NCBI GenBank assembly: GCA_021295775.1
Contig: JAGWBS010000014.1
Coordinates: 10,199-74,198, forward strand
Length of the DNA: 64,000 nucleotides
From: Pseudomonadota bacterium
GTDB taxonomy: Bacteria; Myxococcota_A; UBA9160; SZUA-336
Reading direction: 5' to 3'
Translations under genes and position numbers: made by a program
The notes under the pieces: generated by a model
What the model saw: the letters and a program-made list of their open reading frames with translations, nothing else
Database searches by the model: none
Told to the model about the DNA's origin: nothing
In this document: positions 43,116 to 52,293 of the stretch, piece after piece
How positions within the stretch are numbered: position 1 is the stretch's first letter
Layout: each line of letters begins with the position of its first letter

Positions 43116-44282
43116 ATGCTGATCTCGGCCGACTCTCACGTCGTCGAGCCCTACGATCTCTGGCAGCGGGAACTCCCCGCGGGGCTGCGCGAGCGCGCCC
43201 CGAGGGCCGAGCGCGACCCGCACAACCGCCACTGGTACTTCGTCGATCCGGACGGCGTGCGGGGCGTGGACCTGACCCTGTCGGCCTCTGCGGGCATCCC
43301 GGCGGCCGAAGTCCAGTCGCGGCTCGACGCGGATCCGGACGCCGAGGTCGGCCGCGCCGGCGGGCGCGACCCGGTCGCGCGCCTGCGCGACCTGCAGCGC
43401 GACGGGACCCTCGCGGACGTGGTCTACCCGACGGCGACCCTGAGTCTGATGACGTCCGAGGACCGGCCGCTGCAGGAGGCCTGCTTCGCGATCTACAACG
43501 ACTGGATCTCCGACTACTGCGCCGCGGATCGCGAGCGCCTGGCGGGGCTCGCCGTGCTGTCCACCTGGGACATCGACCAGGCCGTGCGCGAGCTGCGCCG
43601 CGCGCACGCGCTGGGATTGCGCGGCGCGGTGATCTGGACCTCGCCGCCCGAGTCGGACAGCTTCTTCAGCCGGCGCTACGAGCCGCTCTGGGAGGCGGCC
43701 GCGGGGCTGCGCATGCCGATCTCGCTGCACACCCTGGCGGGCAACCGCGCCAGCCGCGAGATCGAGCGCTACGGCGTGGACGTCGAGTCGACCTTCTTCT
43801 TCGTGTTCACCACCCGGCTGGAGCTGCAGCGCTCGCTGTGCGAGCTGGTGGTCTCGGGCGTGTTCGAGCGCCATCCCGAGTTGCGGGTGGTGGCGGCGGA
43901 GGGCGGGATCGAGTACGCGGCCACGCTCGAGCGCCGGCTCGACGGTGGCTTCGCGCGCTCCTGGGGGCGGCTCGACCACGAGCTCGAGTTGAAGCCCTCG
44001 GAGTACTTCCGGCGCAACGTGTACCTGACCTACATCTCCGACCCGGTGGGCCTGAACAACGTCCGCTTCACCGGGGCCGAACACTTCATGTGGTCGGGAG
44101 ACTATCCGCACGACGCCTCGACCTGGCCGCGCTCGCCCGAGGTCATGCGCCGGGAGTGCGACGAGGCGGGGCTGGACGAGGCCGCGGTGCGCAAGCTCGG
44201 CGTGGCCAACGTCGCCGGCCTCTACGGCTTCGACCTGGAGCGCTGCGCCGAGCCGAGTCCGCGGATCGCCTCCACCGACTGA
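43116..44282 (+). CDS. amidohydrolase-2 family (TIM-barrel metal-dependent hydrolase/decarboxylase, ACMSD-like)
   Basis: 388 aa. N-terminal 'MLISADSHVVEP' (metal-binding HxH-like), 'SGDYPHD' near the C-terminus. Confidence 0.8.
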   Translation: MLISADSHVVEPYDLWQRELPAGLRERAPRAERDPHNRHWYFVDPDGVRGVDLTLSASAGIPAAEVQSRLDADPDAEVGRAGGRDPVARLRDLQRDGTLADVVYPTATLSLMTSEDRPLQEACFAIYNDWISDYCAADRERLAGLAVLSTWDIDQAVRELRRAHALGLRGAVIWTSPPESDSFFSRRYEPLWEAAAGLRMPISLHTLAGNRASREIERYGVDVESTFFFVFTTRLELQRSLCELVVSGVFERHPELRVVAAEGGIEYAATLERRLDGGFARSWGRLDHELELKPSEYFRRNVYLTYISDPVGLNNVRFTGAEHFMWSGDYPHDASTWPRSPEVMRRECDEAGLDEAAVRKLGVANVAGLYGFDLERCAEPSPRIASTD

Positions 44283-44298
44283 GCGGAAGCGCGGGCGC

Positions 44299-45003
44299 TC
44301 AGTCGTCCAGAGACTCGAACAGGTCCGGGTCGGAGCGGCGCAGGCGGCGCAGGTTCGCCTGCCACATCTGGGGCAGGAAGTGCTTCTCGTAGGCCTTGCG
44401 CCCGCGCAGCACCTCGGCCTCCGGGAACTCGCTGCCGCCCCAGCGCTCGGCCTCGAGGTGGTAGCGCGCCGCCTGTTCGAGCATCAGCGCCTTGATGGTG
44501 GCGACCTCCAGCGTTTCGGCCACCACGATCGCGCCGTGGTTCTTGATCAGGATCACGTGCTTGTCGCCCAGCTTGCGCGCCAGCGTCTCGCCCTCGACGG
44601 CCGGCCCGCTGCCGTCGTCCTCGTGAAGTACCTGGTCGGCGTAGAAGAGCACCGAGCCGGCGTTGTACATGCCGATCCGCTCGCGGCGCGTGACGAAGAC
44701 GCTCAGCCAGTGCGAGTGAGTGTGGATCACCGAGCCGACGTCGGGGCGCGCCGCGTAGAGCGCCGCGTGGAACTGCGCCGCGGGCGAAGCCTCCCACGAG
44801 CCCTCGAGCGGCTCCAGGTCCAGCCCCAGGCGCACGATCCGCTCCGGCGTGGTCTCGTCGAAGTACTCGAACGGAGACATCCAGAAACTGTCTCCGCCCT
44901 CGGCGCGGGCGCTGACGTGACCGGCCACCAGGCTGTCGCAGCCGCCCCGGTACAGAATGCGGCGGGCGGCGGCGACGCGAAAGCGTGGATCGGAGATTTG
45001 CAT
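44299..45003 (-). CDS. class II aldolase/adducin family protein
   Basis: 234 aa. 'SVIHTHSHWLSVF' metal-binding His cluster typical of class II aldolases. Confidence 0.8.
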   Translation of the reverse strand: MQISDPRFRVAAARRILYRGGCDSLVAGHVSARAEGGDSFWMSPFEYFDETTPERIVRLGLDLEPLEGSWEASPAAQFHAALYAARPDVGSVIHTHSHWLSVFVTRRERIGMYNAGSVLFYADQVLHEDDGSGPAVEGETLARKLGDKHVILIKNHGAIVVAETLEVATIKALMLEQAARYHLEAERWGGSEFPEAEVLRGRKAYEKHFLPQMWQANLRRLRRSDPDLFESLDD

Positions 45004-45117
45004 GGCGCCCGGCCTCCCGGAATCGGGGGATTGTCCGCTGCCCCGGCCTCGTCCTCAAGCCCCTGTCCCGCGGCCGCGCCCTTGTACGCGCTCGCGGGGG
45101 TGGGCCACACTGCCGCG

Positions 45118-46434
45118 ATGCCTCCAACTCCGACGCTGGACCGTTCGCTTCGCAGCAGCGGGATCGAGCTTCGGCCCGAGATTCCGCTGTGCCAGACCGA
45201 TCTCCCGCTGGACTGGTACCAGCAGGAGTTCCGGCCCTACGCCGAGGAGTACCTGGCCCTGCCGGACCGCACGCCGGAGAGCGTGCTGCCGTGGATGGAC
45301 GCTTACGTGCTGCCCGCTCTCGACGCGCTGGGCGACAGCGTGATGCTGCTCGCGCACTACTACATGGGCGGCGAAATCGTGAAGCTGGTCGAGCGCTACG
45401 GCGGGCGGGTCGCCGACTCCTACCAGCTGGCGCTGCAGGCGACCGCCCACCCGGAGAAGAAGATCTTCGTCGAGTCGGCGGTGCACTTCATGGCCGAGGC
45501 GATCGCGCTGCTCGCCTCGCCCGACCAGCAGGTCTGGATCACCAACCCCAAGTCCGGCTGCACGATGGAGATGATGGCCAAGGAGTTCATGCTCTCCCCG
45601 GCGTTCGAGCGGCTGCACGGGCGCTACGGCGACGACCTGCTGGTGGTGGCGTACATGAACACCTCGGGGCGCGTGAAGGCGCTCGCCGGCCGGACCGGGG
45701 GCGCGGTCTGCACCAGCTCCAACGCCGGCCGGATCATGCGCTGGGCGCTGGACCAGGGCCGCAAGATCTTCTTCGTGCCCGACCAGCACCTGGGACGCAA
45801 CGTGGCCGCCCAGGTCGGGATGGACCCGGGTCGCGTCGCGCTGCTCGGCGGCGGTCACGCCGGCGCCGAGCTGGAGCCGGCCGAGCTGAGCGCGCTCGAC
45901 TCGGCCGACCTCTTCCTGTGGGGGTCTTTCTGCGGCGTCCACACCGTGTTCGAGCCGCGGCACGTCGACTACTGGCGCGGCCGGGGATACCGCATCGTGG
46001 TCCACCCGGAGACCCCCCGCGAAGTCGTCGAGATGGCGGACGGAGCCGGCTCGACCAGCTACCTGTGGGACCACGTGATGGACGCCCCGGCCGGCAGCCG
46101 CTTCGCGGTGGCCACCGAGGGCCACTTCGTGGCGAACCTGCGCGAGCAGTCCGCCCTGCGCGGCGTCGAGGTGGTCCACCTGGCGGACGTCCCGGACGGC
46201 GACGACGCGGGCTGCGGCTGCGCGACCATGTCGCGCAACGACCCGCCGCATCTGGTGGCGACGCTGGACCTGCTGCGCCGGGGCGAGGCGCCCGACCTGA
46301 ACCGCGTGCTGCCCGGAGACGCGGTCGACGAGGTCACCGGCTGGAGGGAGAGGCTCGACCCCGAGGGCCGCGAGCGGGTCCGGCAGGAAGCGCGCCTGGC
46401 CCTGGAGCGGATGATCGAGATCACGGAGAGCTGA
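45118..46434 (+). CDS. nadA: quinolinate synthase
   Basis: 438 aa from ATG 45118. 'LLAHYYMGGEIVKL', 'VHFMAEAIALL', 'GCTMEMMAK', 'TSSNAGRIMRW' match NadA. Has ~60-aa N-terminal and C-terminal extensions relative to minimal NadA. Confidence 0.85.
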   Translation: MPPTPTLDRSLRSSGIELRPEIPLCQTDLPLDWYQQEFRPYAEEYLALPDRTPESVLPWMDAYVLPALDALGDSVMLLAHYYMGGEIVKLVERYGGRVADSYQLALQATAHPEKKIFVESAVHFMAEAIALLASPDQQVWITNPKSGCTMEMMAKEFMLSPAFERLHGRYGDDLLVVAYMNTSGRVKALAGRTGGAVCTSSNAGRIMRWALDQGRKIFFVPDQHLGRNVAAQVGMDPGRVALLGGGHAGAELEPAELSALDSADLFLWGSFCGVHTVFEPRHVDYWRGRGYRIVVHPETPREVVEMADGAGSTSYLWDHVMDAPAGSRFAVATEGHFVANLREQSALRGVEVVHLADVPDGDDAGCGCATMSRNDPPHLVATLDLLRRGEAPDLNRVLPGDAVDEVTGWRERLDPEGRERVRQEARLALERMIEITES

Positions 46435-46957
46435 GCTCGCCCTCCGCCTCCTCCGTTCCCTGTTCCGGGACGTCTTCGCCGTTTTCGTCGCTGTCCATCC
46501 GGCGCAGCTCCTCTTCGATCCGGCGCAGCTCCTCGTCGCGGGTCTCGCCGCCGCGTTCTTCGCGCTCGATCTGCTCGAGCTGCTTTTCGATCTCGAGCAG
46601 CTCCTCTTCGCGCGTGAGCTGGCGCTCCTCGCGCTCCTCCGGGGTCGGTTCGAACTCGCGCAGGGCCTCGGGCACTTCGCCCTCGCTGGTCGGGAACCAG
46701 GCCCCGTCCCAGGTGAACGCGATGAACCATTCGTCGTTCCAGTAGCGGAACCAGCGCTCCCGGGAGACGGAGTAGTAGACGTCGAGCTCCTCGCCCACCA
46801 CGACCCTGCGGATGTCGTCGAAGCGCGTCGGCTGCAGCTCCGGCGGGGTGGGCGACTCGATCCGGTCGGGAGTGTCCGGAATCTCCTCGGCGGGCCGCTG
46901 GGCGACGACGCAGCCGGCCGCCAGGATCGCGGCCAGCAGGGCGGTGGCAAGCTTCAT
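46421..46957 (-). CDS. lipoprotein with acidic coiled-coil-like C-terminal tail, function unknown
   Basis: 178 aa. Lipobox 'LAAGCVV'. Middle region is W/F-rich. C-terminal 70 aa are E/R-rich. Overlaps the nadA 3' end by 14 nt (convergent). Confidence 0.55.
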   Translation of the reverse strand: MKLATALLAAILAAGCVVAQRPAEEIPDTPDRIESPTPPELQPTRFDDIRRVVVGEELDVYYSVSRERWFRYWNDEWFIAFTWDGAWFPTSEGEVPEALREFEPTPEEREERQLTREEELLEIEKQLEQIEREERGGETRDEELRRIEEELRRMDSDENGEDVPEQGTEEAEGELSSP

Positions 46958-47114
46958 TCGGTTTCTCCCGCCGCGGGCAATGCTTCGCCAGCCGATCTAA
47001 GCGCCGCCGGCTGCGGATGCAAGTCTAAAGCCCCGCGCGGGACACTGCTCCGCCAGCGGCGCCCCGCCGCCCGAGCCCCTAGAATGCGGGCCCTCGACGA
47101 CACCGGGAGAGTTC

Positions 47115-47495
47115 GTGAGGACGATCGAAAGTTCGGGCGCGCCCGCGCCCGTGGGACCCTACGCCCAGGCCGTCGTGCACGCCGGAGTGGCCTATCTCGC
47201 GGGACAGGTCCCGCTCGACCCGAGCACGGGCGAGCTGGTGGACGGCCCGATCGAAGCTCAGGCGGAGCGCGTGCTTCTCAACCTCGAGGCCGTGCTGGGC
47301 GCGGCCGGCTCGGGTTGGGAGCGGGTGCTGAAAGTCAACGTCTACCTGGCGGACCTGGCGGACTTCGCCGCCTTCAACGCCGTCTACGCGCGCTTCCTGG
47401 GCGACGCCAGGCCGGCTCGTTCGACCTACCAGGTCGCCGCGCTGCCCCTGGGGGCCCGGATCGAGATCGACGCGATCGCCGCCGCGGACTCCTGA
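47115..47495 (+). CDS. ridA: RidA/YjgF family reactive-intermediate deaminase
   Basis: 126 aa from GTG 47115 (GGGAGAG upstream). 'APAPVGPYAQAVVHAGVAYLAGQVPLDPSTGELV...VLKVNVYLADLADFAAFNAVYARF' is the canonical RidA fold sequence. Confidence 0.8.
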   Translation: MRTIESSGAPAPVGPYAQAVVHAGVAYLAGQVPLDPSTGELVDGPIEAQAERVLLNLEAVLGAAGSGWERVLKVNVYLADLADFAAFNAVYARFLGDARPARSTYQVAALPLGARIEIDAIAAADS

Positions 47496-47566
47496 CGGCG
47501 GCGAAAGATCCGGCCCCGAACCGTCCGCGCGGCCGGACCGAGGCATGTGGGGCGGCGGGAGGAAGG

Positions 47567-48463
47567 ATGCGGGAACCCAAGCGGGACGGGGAGCGGCCCG
47601 GGCGCGTCGGGCTGGTCGGGATCGGACGCATGGGGGGCCTGATGCTGCGCTGCCTGCGCCGGCACGGTTTCGAGGCCGCGGTCTTCGACGTGCGCGAGGA
47701 AGCGCTGGCCGCCTTCGCGGGCGACGGCGGAGTGCACCCGGTCTCGGATCCCCGCCAGGTCGCCGAATTCGCCGACGTGGTCGGCGTGGTGGTCTTCGAC
47801 GACGCGCAGGTCCTCGAGGTGCTGGAGGGCGAGGGCGGGATCCTGGCGGCCGAGGGCGATCCCCCGGTGATCCTGGTTCACTCGACCGTGACGGCGGCGG
47901 GCCTGCGGCGGGCGCACGCGGCCGCCGCGGAGCGCGGATTTCCGCTGCTCGACGCCGCCGTGAGCGGAGGCACCAGCGAACAGCAGGAGGCGGGCGACCT
48001 GTGCGTGATGGTCGGCGGAGATCCCGCGGCGCTGGAGCGCGCCCGACCCGTGCTGCAAACCTACGCGGGGCTGATCGAGCACGTGGGTTCGCTCGGGAGC
48101 GGGCTCGACGCCAAGCTGGTGCGCAATCTGGCGTCCTTCGCCAGCGTTGCCAGCGCCTACCAGGCCTTCGAGCTGGGCCACTGGCTGGGCATCGACGCGG
48201 AGACCGTCTCGCGCATCCTGGAGCACACCCAGGTGGTCAGCGGAAACACCCGCGCGATCGTCGCCGCCCGGCCGCCGGGCCAGGCCATCGACGCGCAGGG
48301 CGATCCCCAGCTCGCGGAGCAGGTGCGCTACCTGGGCGAGGTGGCCCGCAAGGACCTGGAGGCGGCTCGCGCCCGGGCGGCCGAGGTGGATCGGGACCTG
48401 CCGCTGGCGGAGGCGAGCCTCGAAACTCTGGCGCGCGCCTACGGCGGGCCGCGGCGCTCCTGA
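47567..48463 (+). CDS. NAD(P)-dependent oxidoreductase, 3-hydroxyisobutyrate/6-phosphogluconate dehydrogenase-like family
   Basis: 298 aa from ATG 47567 with RBS GGGAGGAAGG. Rossmann motif '[10 protein letters not shown]'. Upstream 161 codons of the listed ORF are shadow. Confidence 0.8.
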   Translation: MREPKRDGERPGRVGLVGIGRMGGLMLRCLRRHGFEAAVFDVREEALAAFAGDGGVHPVSDPRQVAEFADVVGVVVFDDAQVLEVLEGEGGILAAEGDPPVILVHSTVTAAGLRRAHAAAAERGFPLLDAAVSGGTSEQQEAGDLCVMVGGDPAALERARPVLQTYAGLIEHVGSLGSGLDAKLVRNLASFASVASAYQAFELGHWLGIDAETVSRILEHTQVVSGNTRAIVAARPPGQAIDAQGDPQLAEQVRYLGEVARKDLEAARARAAEVDRDLPLAEASLETLARAYGGPRRS

Positions 48464-48564
48464 GAGCGGGGGATCCGGCCCCCGGCCGTGCGAAGGCGTG
48501 TTGCGGGGGGAGCGCCTGCCGGTACTCTTGCCGGCGCGGGGGGCGGTTGCCTGAAAAAGTCCAC

Positions 48565-49023
48565 ATGACCCGCCAGGGCTACGCGAAGGCCGTGGCGGAG
48601 CTGAAGCAGCTCAAGGGAACCGACCGCCCCGCCGTGGTCGACGAGATCCGGCGCGCGAGGGAGCACGGGGACCTGTCCGAGAACGCCGAGTACGACGCCG
48701 CCAAGGAACGCCAGGGCATGATCGAGGCGCGCATCCGGCAGCTCGAGGACCGCGTCGCGCGCGCCGAGGTGGTCGAAACCGGCGGTCCCCCGCCGGACCG
48801 CGTGCGCTTCGGCACGACCGTCGCGCTGGAGGACCTCGACTCCGGCGAGTCCGTCCGCTACACGCTCGTCGGCGAGGAAGAGGCCGACGCCGGCAGCGGC
48901 CGTCTCTCGGTCGCCAGCCCGATCGCCCGGGCGCTGATCGGCAAGGCGGTGGGAGACACCGCCACCGTCCGGGTCCCGGCCGGAACCCGGGAGTTCGAAG
49001 TGCTGGAAATCGTCTTCGAGTGA
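48565..49023 (+). CDS. greA: transcription elongation factor GreA
   Basis: 152 aa. '[34 protein letters not shown]' and the C-terminal '[17 protein letters not shown]' are GreA signatures. Confidence 0.9.
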   Translation: [152 protein letters not shown]

Positions 49024-49033
49024 GGCAGCGACG

Positions 49034-49972
49034 ATGACGGACGCCCCCCGCCACACCCGGCTGCTGATCGTCGGCAGCGGTCCCGCCGGCTACACGGCCG
49101 CGATCTACGCGGCCCGCGCCCAGCTCTCGCCGGTGGTGGTCGCCGGCATGGCCTTCGGTGGCCAGCTCATGCTCACGACCGACGTGGAGAACTACCCCGG
49201 GTTCCCAGAGGGCGTGACGGGACCCGAGATGATGGAGATGTTCCAGAAGCAGGCCGAGCGCTTCGGGGCCGAAATCCTGATGGAGGACGCCACGGAGGTC
49301 GACCTGAGCCGGCGGCCGTTCCAGGTCCGGACCGACGGCGGAGGCTTCACGGCGGACGCGCTGATCGTCGCCACCGGCGCATCGGCGCGCTGGCTCGGTC
49401 TACCGTCCGAGCAGGAGTTCATGAACCGCGGGGTGTCGGCCTGCGCCACCTGCGACGGCGCGCTGTACCGCGACAAGCCGATGGCGGTCGTGGGCGGCGG
49501 CGACACCGCGATGGAAGAGGCGCTCTTCCTCACCCGCTTCGCGACCGTCGTCTACGTGATCCACCGGCGAGACGAGCTGCGGGCCAGCCGGATCATGGCC
49601 GAACGCGCGCGCCGCCATCCCAAGATCGAGTTCGTCTGGAACAGCGTGGTGGAGGAGATCGTCGGCGACGCCAGCGGCGTCACCGGGGTCCGGATCCGCG
49701 ACGTGCGCGGCGAGCGGACGCGGACGCTCGACGTCCAGGCGTGCTTCGTGGCGATCGGGCACCAGCCCAACACGGAGCTCATCGCGGACGTGCTGGAGAC
49801 GCATCCCAACGGCTACCTGGCGGTGCAGACCGGCTCGACGCGCACCAACGTGGAAGGGGTGTTCGCCTGCGGCGACGTAATGGACGCCACCTACCGCCAG
49901 GCCGTCACCGCCGCCGGGACGGGCTGCATGGCGGCGCTCGACGCCGAGCGCTGGCTGGCGGCCGGCGAATAG
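49034..49972 (+). CDS. trxB: thioredoxin-disulfide reductase
   Basis: 312 aa. 'LIVGSGPAGYTAAIYAARA', redox-active 'CATCDG', 'VVGGGDTAMEEALFL'. Confidence 0.9.
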   Translation: MTDAPRHTRLLIVGSGPAGYTAAIYAARAQLSPVVVAGMAFGGQLMLTTDVENYPGFPEGVTGPEMMEMFQKQAERFGAEILMEDATEVDLSRRPFQVRTDGGGFTADALIVATGASARWLGLPSEQEFMNRGVSACATCDGALYRDKPMAVVGGGDTAMEEALFLTRFATVVYVIHRRDELRASRIMAERARRHPKIEFVWNSVVEEIVGDASGVTGVRIRDVRGERTRTLDVQACFVAIGHQPNTELIADVLETHPNGYLAVQTGSTRTNVEGVFACGDVMDATYRQAVTAAGTGCMAALDAERWLAAGE

Positions 49973-49983
49973 TCCGCGGGCGC

Positions 49984-52254
49984 GTGCGCGTCGAATTCGA
50001 CCGCTCCAGCCTGATCGTCGACGGCCGGCGCCGCCTCGTGCGCTCCGCCGCGCTGCACTACTACCGGCTTCCGGGCGAGTCGCTCCGGCGCGAGGCGCTG
50101 GAGCGCTTTCGGGACGCCGGTCTGAACGCGGTCACGCTTCCCTACGCCTGGAACTACCACTCGCAGCGCCGCGGGGACTACGACTTCGCGGGCGACCGGG
50201 ACGTGGACCGGCTGCACGACCTGATCGAGGAGGCGGGGCTCTTCCTGATCGCGCGTCCCGGGCCGTTCGTGGGAGGCGGGATCGACCTCGGAGGATTGCC
50301 CGCCTGGCTGTTGACGGAGCCGGACGCGACCCTGCGCTGCCGCGATCCGGCGGGCTACGTCGAGTCGCCGGCGTACCTGTCGGCGGCCCGGGAGTGGTTC
50401 GAGCAGATCGTCCCGCGCTTGGCCGCGCGCCCGAACCTGATCCTGGTGGAGCTGGAGCACGGCTATCGCGTCCCGGGCGAGTTCGCCCGCGTGACGGGTC
50501 CCGCCGCCGATCTGGCGCTGCGCTGGTTCGGCTCGCCGCGCCTCGAACGCTGGCTGCTGCGGCGTCCGTTCCGTCGGCTTCTGCGCCCGCCGGCCGACCC
50601 GCCCGGCAGTCTGGGACAGACCAGCGGCTACATGCGCTCGCTGGTGCGTTGGTCGCGGGATCTGGGAGTGACCGTCCCCCTGGTCCACGCCGACTCCAAT
50701 CCGGGGGCGGGACGTCAGACGGACGTCGACCTGCCCGCCCAGATCGCCGCGTTCGCGCACCCGCGGCGCGACTGGCGCGGCCGGCCGCACCGTTTCGACC
50801 GCGCGCTGAGAGACCGCGAGGGGCTCGAACGGCACGCGCCGGACGCTCCGCTGCTGTACGCCGAGCTGCAGACCCACCTGCCCCAGCCCTGGGGCGGAGA
50901 GGACGCCGAAACGCTCGCCGGCCGGATCGGCGCCGAGGGCGTGGACTCGATGACCAAGGCGGCTCTGGAGCAGCGGGCGTGCCTGTGGAGCTACTCGCTG
51001 CTCTGCGCCGGCATCACGCCGGGCTACATGAGCAGCCCCGACGCGGTCACGCTTCACGACGGCGGCGCGCCGGTCGCCGCGGCCGGCCGCCCGCGCGAAG
51101 CCTACGCGGCGATCCGGGAACTCAACCGCTTCCTGGCTCCGTTCGAGTCGGACTTGATGCAGGCGGGTCCGGTGCAGGCGCGGGGCGAGTGGTGTCCCCA
51201 GCACCTGGGGACGCTGGAGGGTTCGGGGCGCCGTTTCGCCTTCCTGCGCAACGACACCGGCGTTCCCGTGCGGGTGCCGACCCCCGAGGCGGAGCGCAGC
51301 GAGCTCGGCGCCTGGGAGAGTCAGATCCGCGTCTATGGCCCGGGCCGAGAGCTGGAAGGGGTCAGCCCGCTGCCCGCCGCGCCGGCGGTCCGGGCGGGTC
51401 CGCCGCCGCTGCCGGAGCTCGAACGCTGGAGCCTGGCCTCCGCCAGCCCCCAGCTCGACCCCGCCTACGACGACGAGGCCTGGGACGAGATTCCCGCGGA
51501 GCGGCTGGAGCGGGGCCGCATGGACCTCGACGACCTGGGACTGCACTACGGCTTCGTCTGGTACCGCGGAACCTTCGCCGGCCCGCTTGACCGGCTGAGC
51601 TTCGACGCCCGCAACTGCTACGCCGTGTGGATCAACGGCCGGCTGCTCGCCGCCGGCGATCTGTACCGCAACCCGCACGGGATCGGCCCCGACGGCGCGC
51701 GCCCCGCGTCGGTAACACTCTCCAGTGTCGACTTCAATCCGGGGCGCAACGCGCTGGTGATTCTGGTGGAGAGTCTGGGCCATCCCCAGGGGCTGGCCGA
51801 CGAGCGCGGCCGCCGCGGACTGGTCGCGATCGACACCGGCGGGACGCGCATCCGCTGGCGCTACCGCGGCGGGCTGATCCGGGGAGAGCGCGGAATCACT
51901 CCGCAGGTCGCCTTCGAGTCGATCGAGCGCGGGCCTTCGCAGGACGTCGGCCTGCCCTACTCGTGGAGCGGCGAGCCCGAGGGAGTCGCCGTGTTCGAGA
52001 CCCCGTTCGAACTCGACGGCGTCGACCCGAGCGTCCACAGACTGGCGCTGAGCTTCGACTCCGGGATCTGCAAGGCGAACCTCTACGCCAACGGACACCT
52101 GCTAGGACGCTACTGGCCCGAGCGCGGACCCCAGCGGCGCTTCGTCCTGCCCTGGGGAATCCTGCGCGCGGAGGCCGAGAACCAGTTGGCGGTCGTGTTG
52201 TGGAAGCGTTCCGATCGCGCCGCCCTGGGCCGGCTGCAACTCGAGGTTGTGTAG
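49984..52254 (+). CDS. glycoside hydrolase family 35 (beta-galactosidase); no signal peptide
   Basis: 756 aa from GTG 49984, 12 nt after the trxB stop. 'IVDGRRRLVRSAALHYYRLPGESLRREALERFRDAGLNAVTLPYAWNYHSQRRGDYDFAGDRDVDRLHDLIEEAGLFLIARPGPFVGGGIDLGGLPAWLL' matches the GH35 N-terminal catalytic domain. Upstream 81 codons of the listed ORF overlap trxB. Confidence 0.75.
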   Translation: MRVEFDRSSLIVDGRRRLVRSAALHYYRLPGESLRREALERFRDAGLNAVTLPYAWNYHSQRRGDYDFAGDRDVDRLHDLIEEAGLFLIARPGPFVGGGIDLGGLPAWLLTEPDATLRCRDPAGYVESPAYLSAAREWFEQIVPRLAARPNLILVELEHGYRVPGEFARVTGPAADLALRWFGSPRLERWLLRRPFRRLLRPPADPPGSLGQTSGYMRSLVRWSRDLGVTVPLVHADSNPGAGRQTDVDLPAQIAAFAHPRRDWRGRPHRFDRALRDREGLERHAPDAPLLYAELQTHLPQPWGGEDAETLAGRIGAEGVDSMTKAALEQRACLWSYSLLCAGITPGYMSSPDAVTLHDGGAPVAAAGRPREAYAAIRELNRFLAPFESDLMQAGPVQARGEWCPQHLGTLEGSGRRFAFLRNDTGVPVRVPTPEAERSELGAWESQIRVYGPGRELEGVSPLPAAPAVRAGPPPLPELERWSLASASPQLDPAYDDEAWDEIPAERLERGRMDLDDLGLHYGFVWYRGTFAGPLDRLSFDARNCYAVWINGRLLAAGDLYRNPHGIGPDGARPASVTLSSVDFNPGRNALVILVESLGHPQGLADERGRRGLVAIDTGGTRIRWRYRGGLIRGERGITPQVAFESIERGPSQDVGLPYSWSGEPEGVAVFETPFELDGVDPSVHRLALSFDSGICKANLYANGHLLGRYWPERGPQRRFVLPWGILRAEAENQLAVVLWKRSDRAALGRLQLEVV

Positions 52255-52293
52255 GCGCGTTGCGGGCGGTCCCGCAGGCGATACACTTTTCGG

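Noticed and set aside
48463-48565. GGGGGATCCGGCCCCC-type GC hairpin between the dehydrogenase and greA
   Set aside because: Short 5-bp stem with no U-tract and no conservation evidence. Could be a weak terminator, but not supportable.
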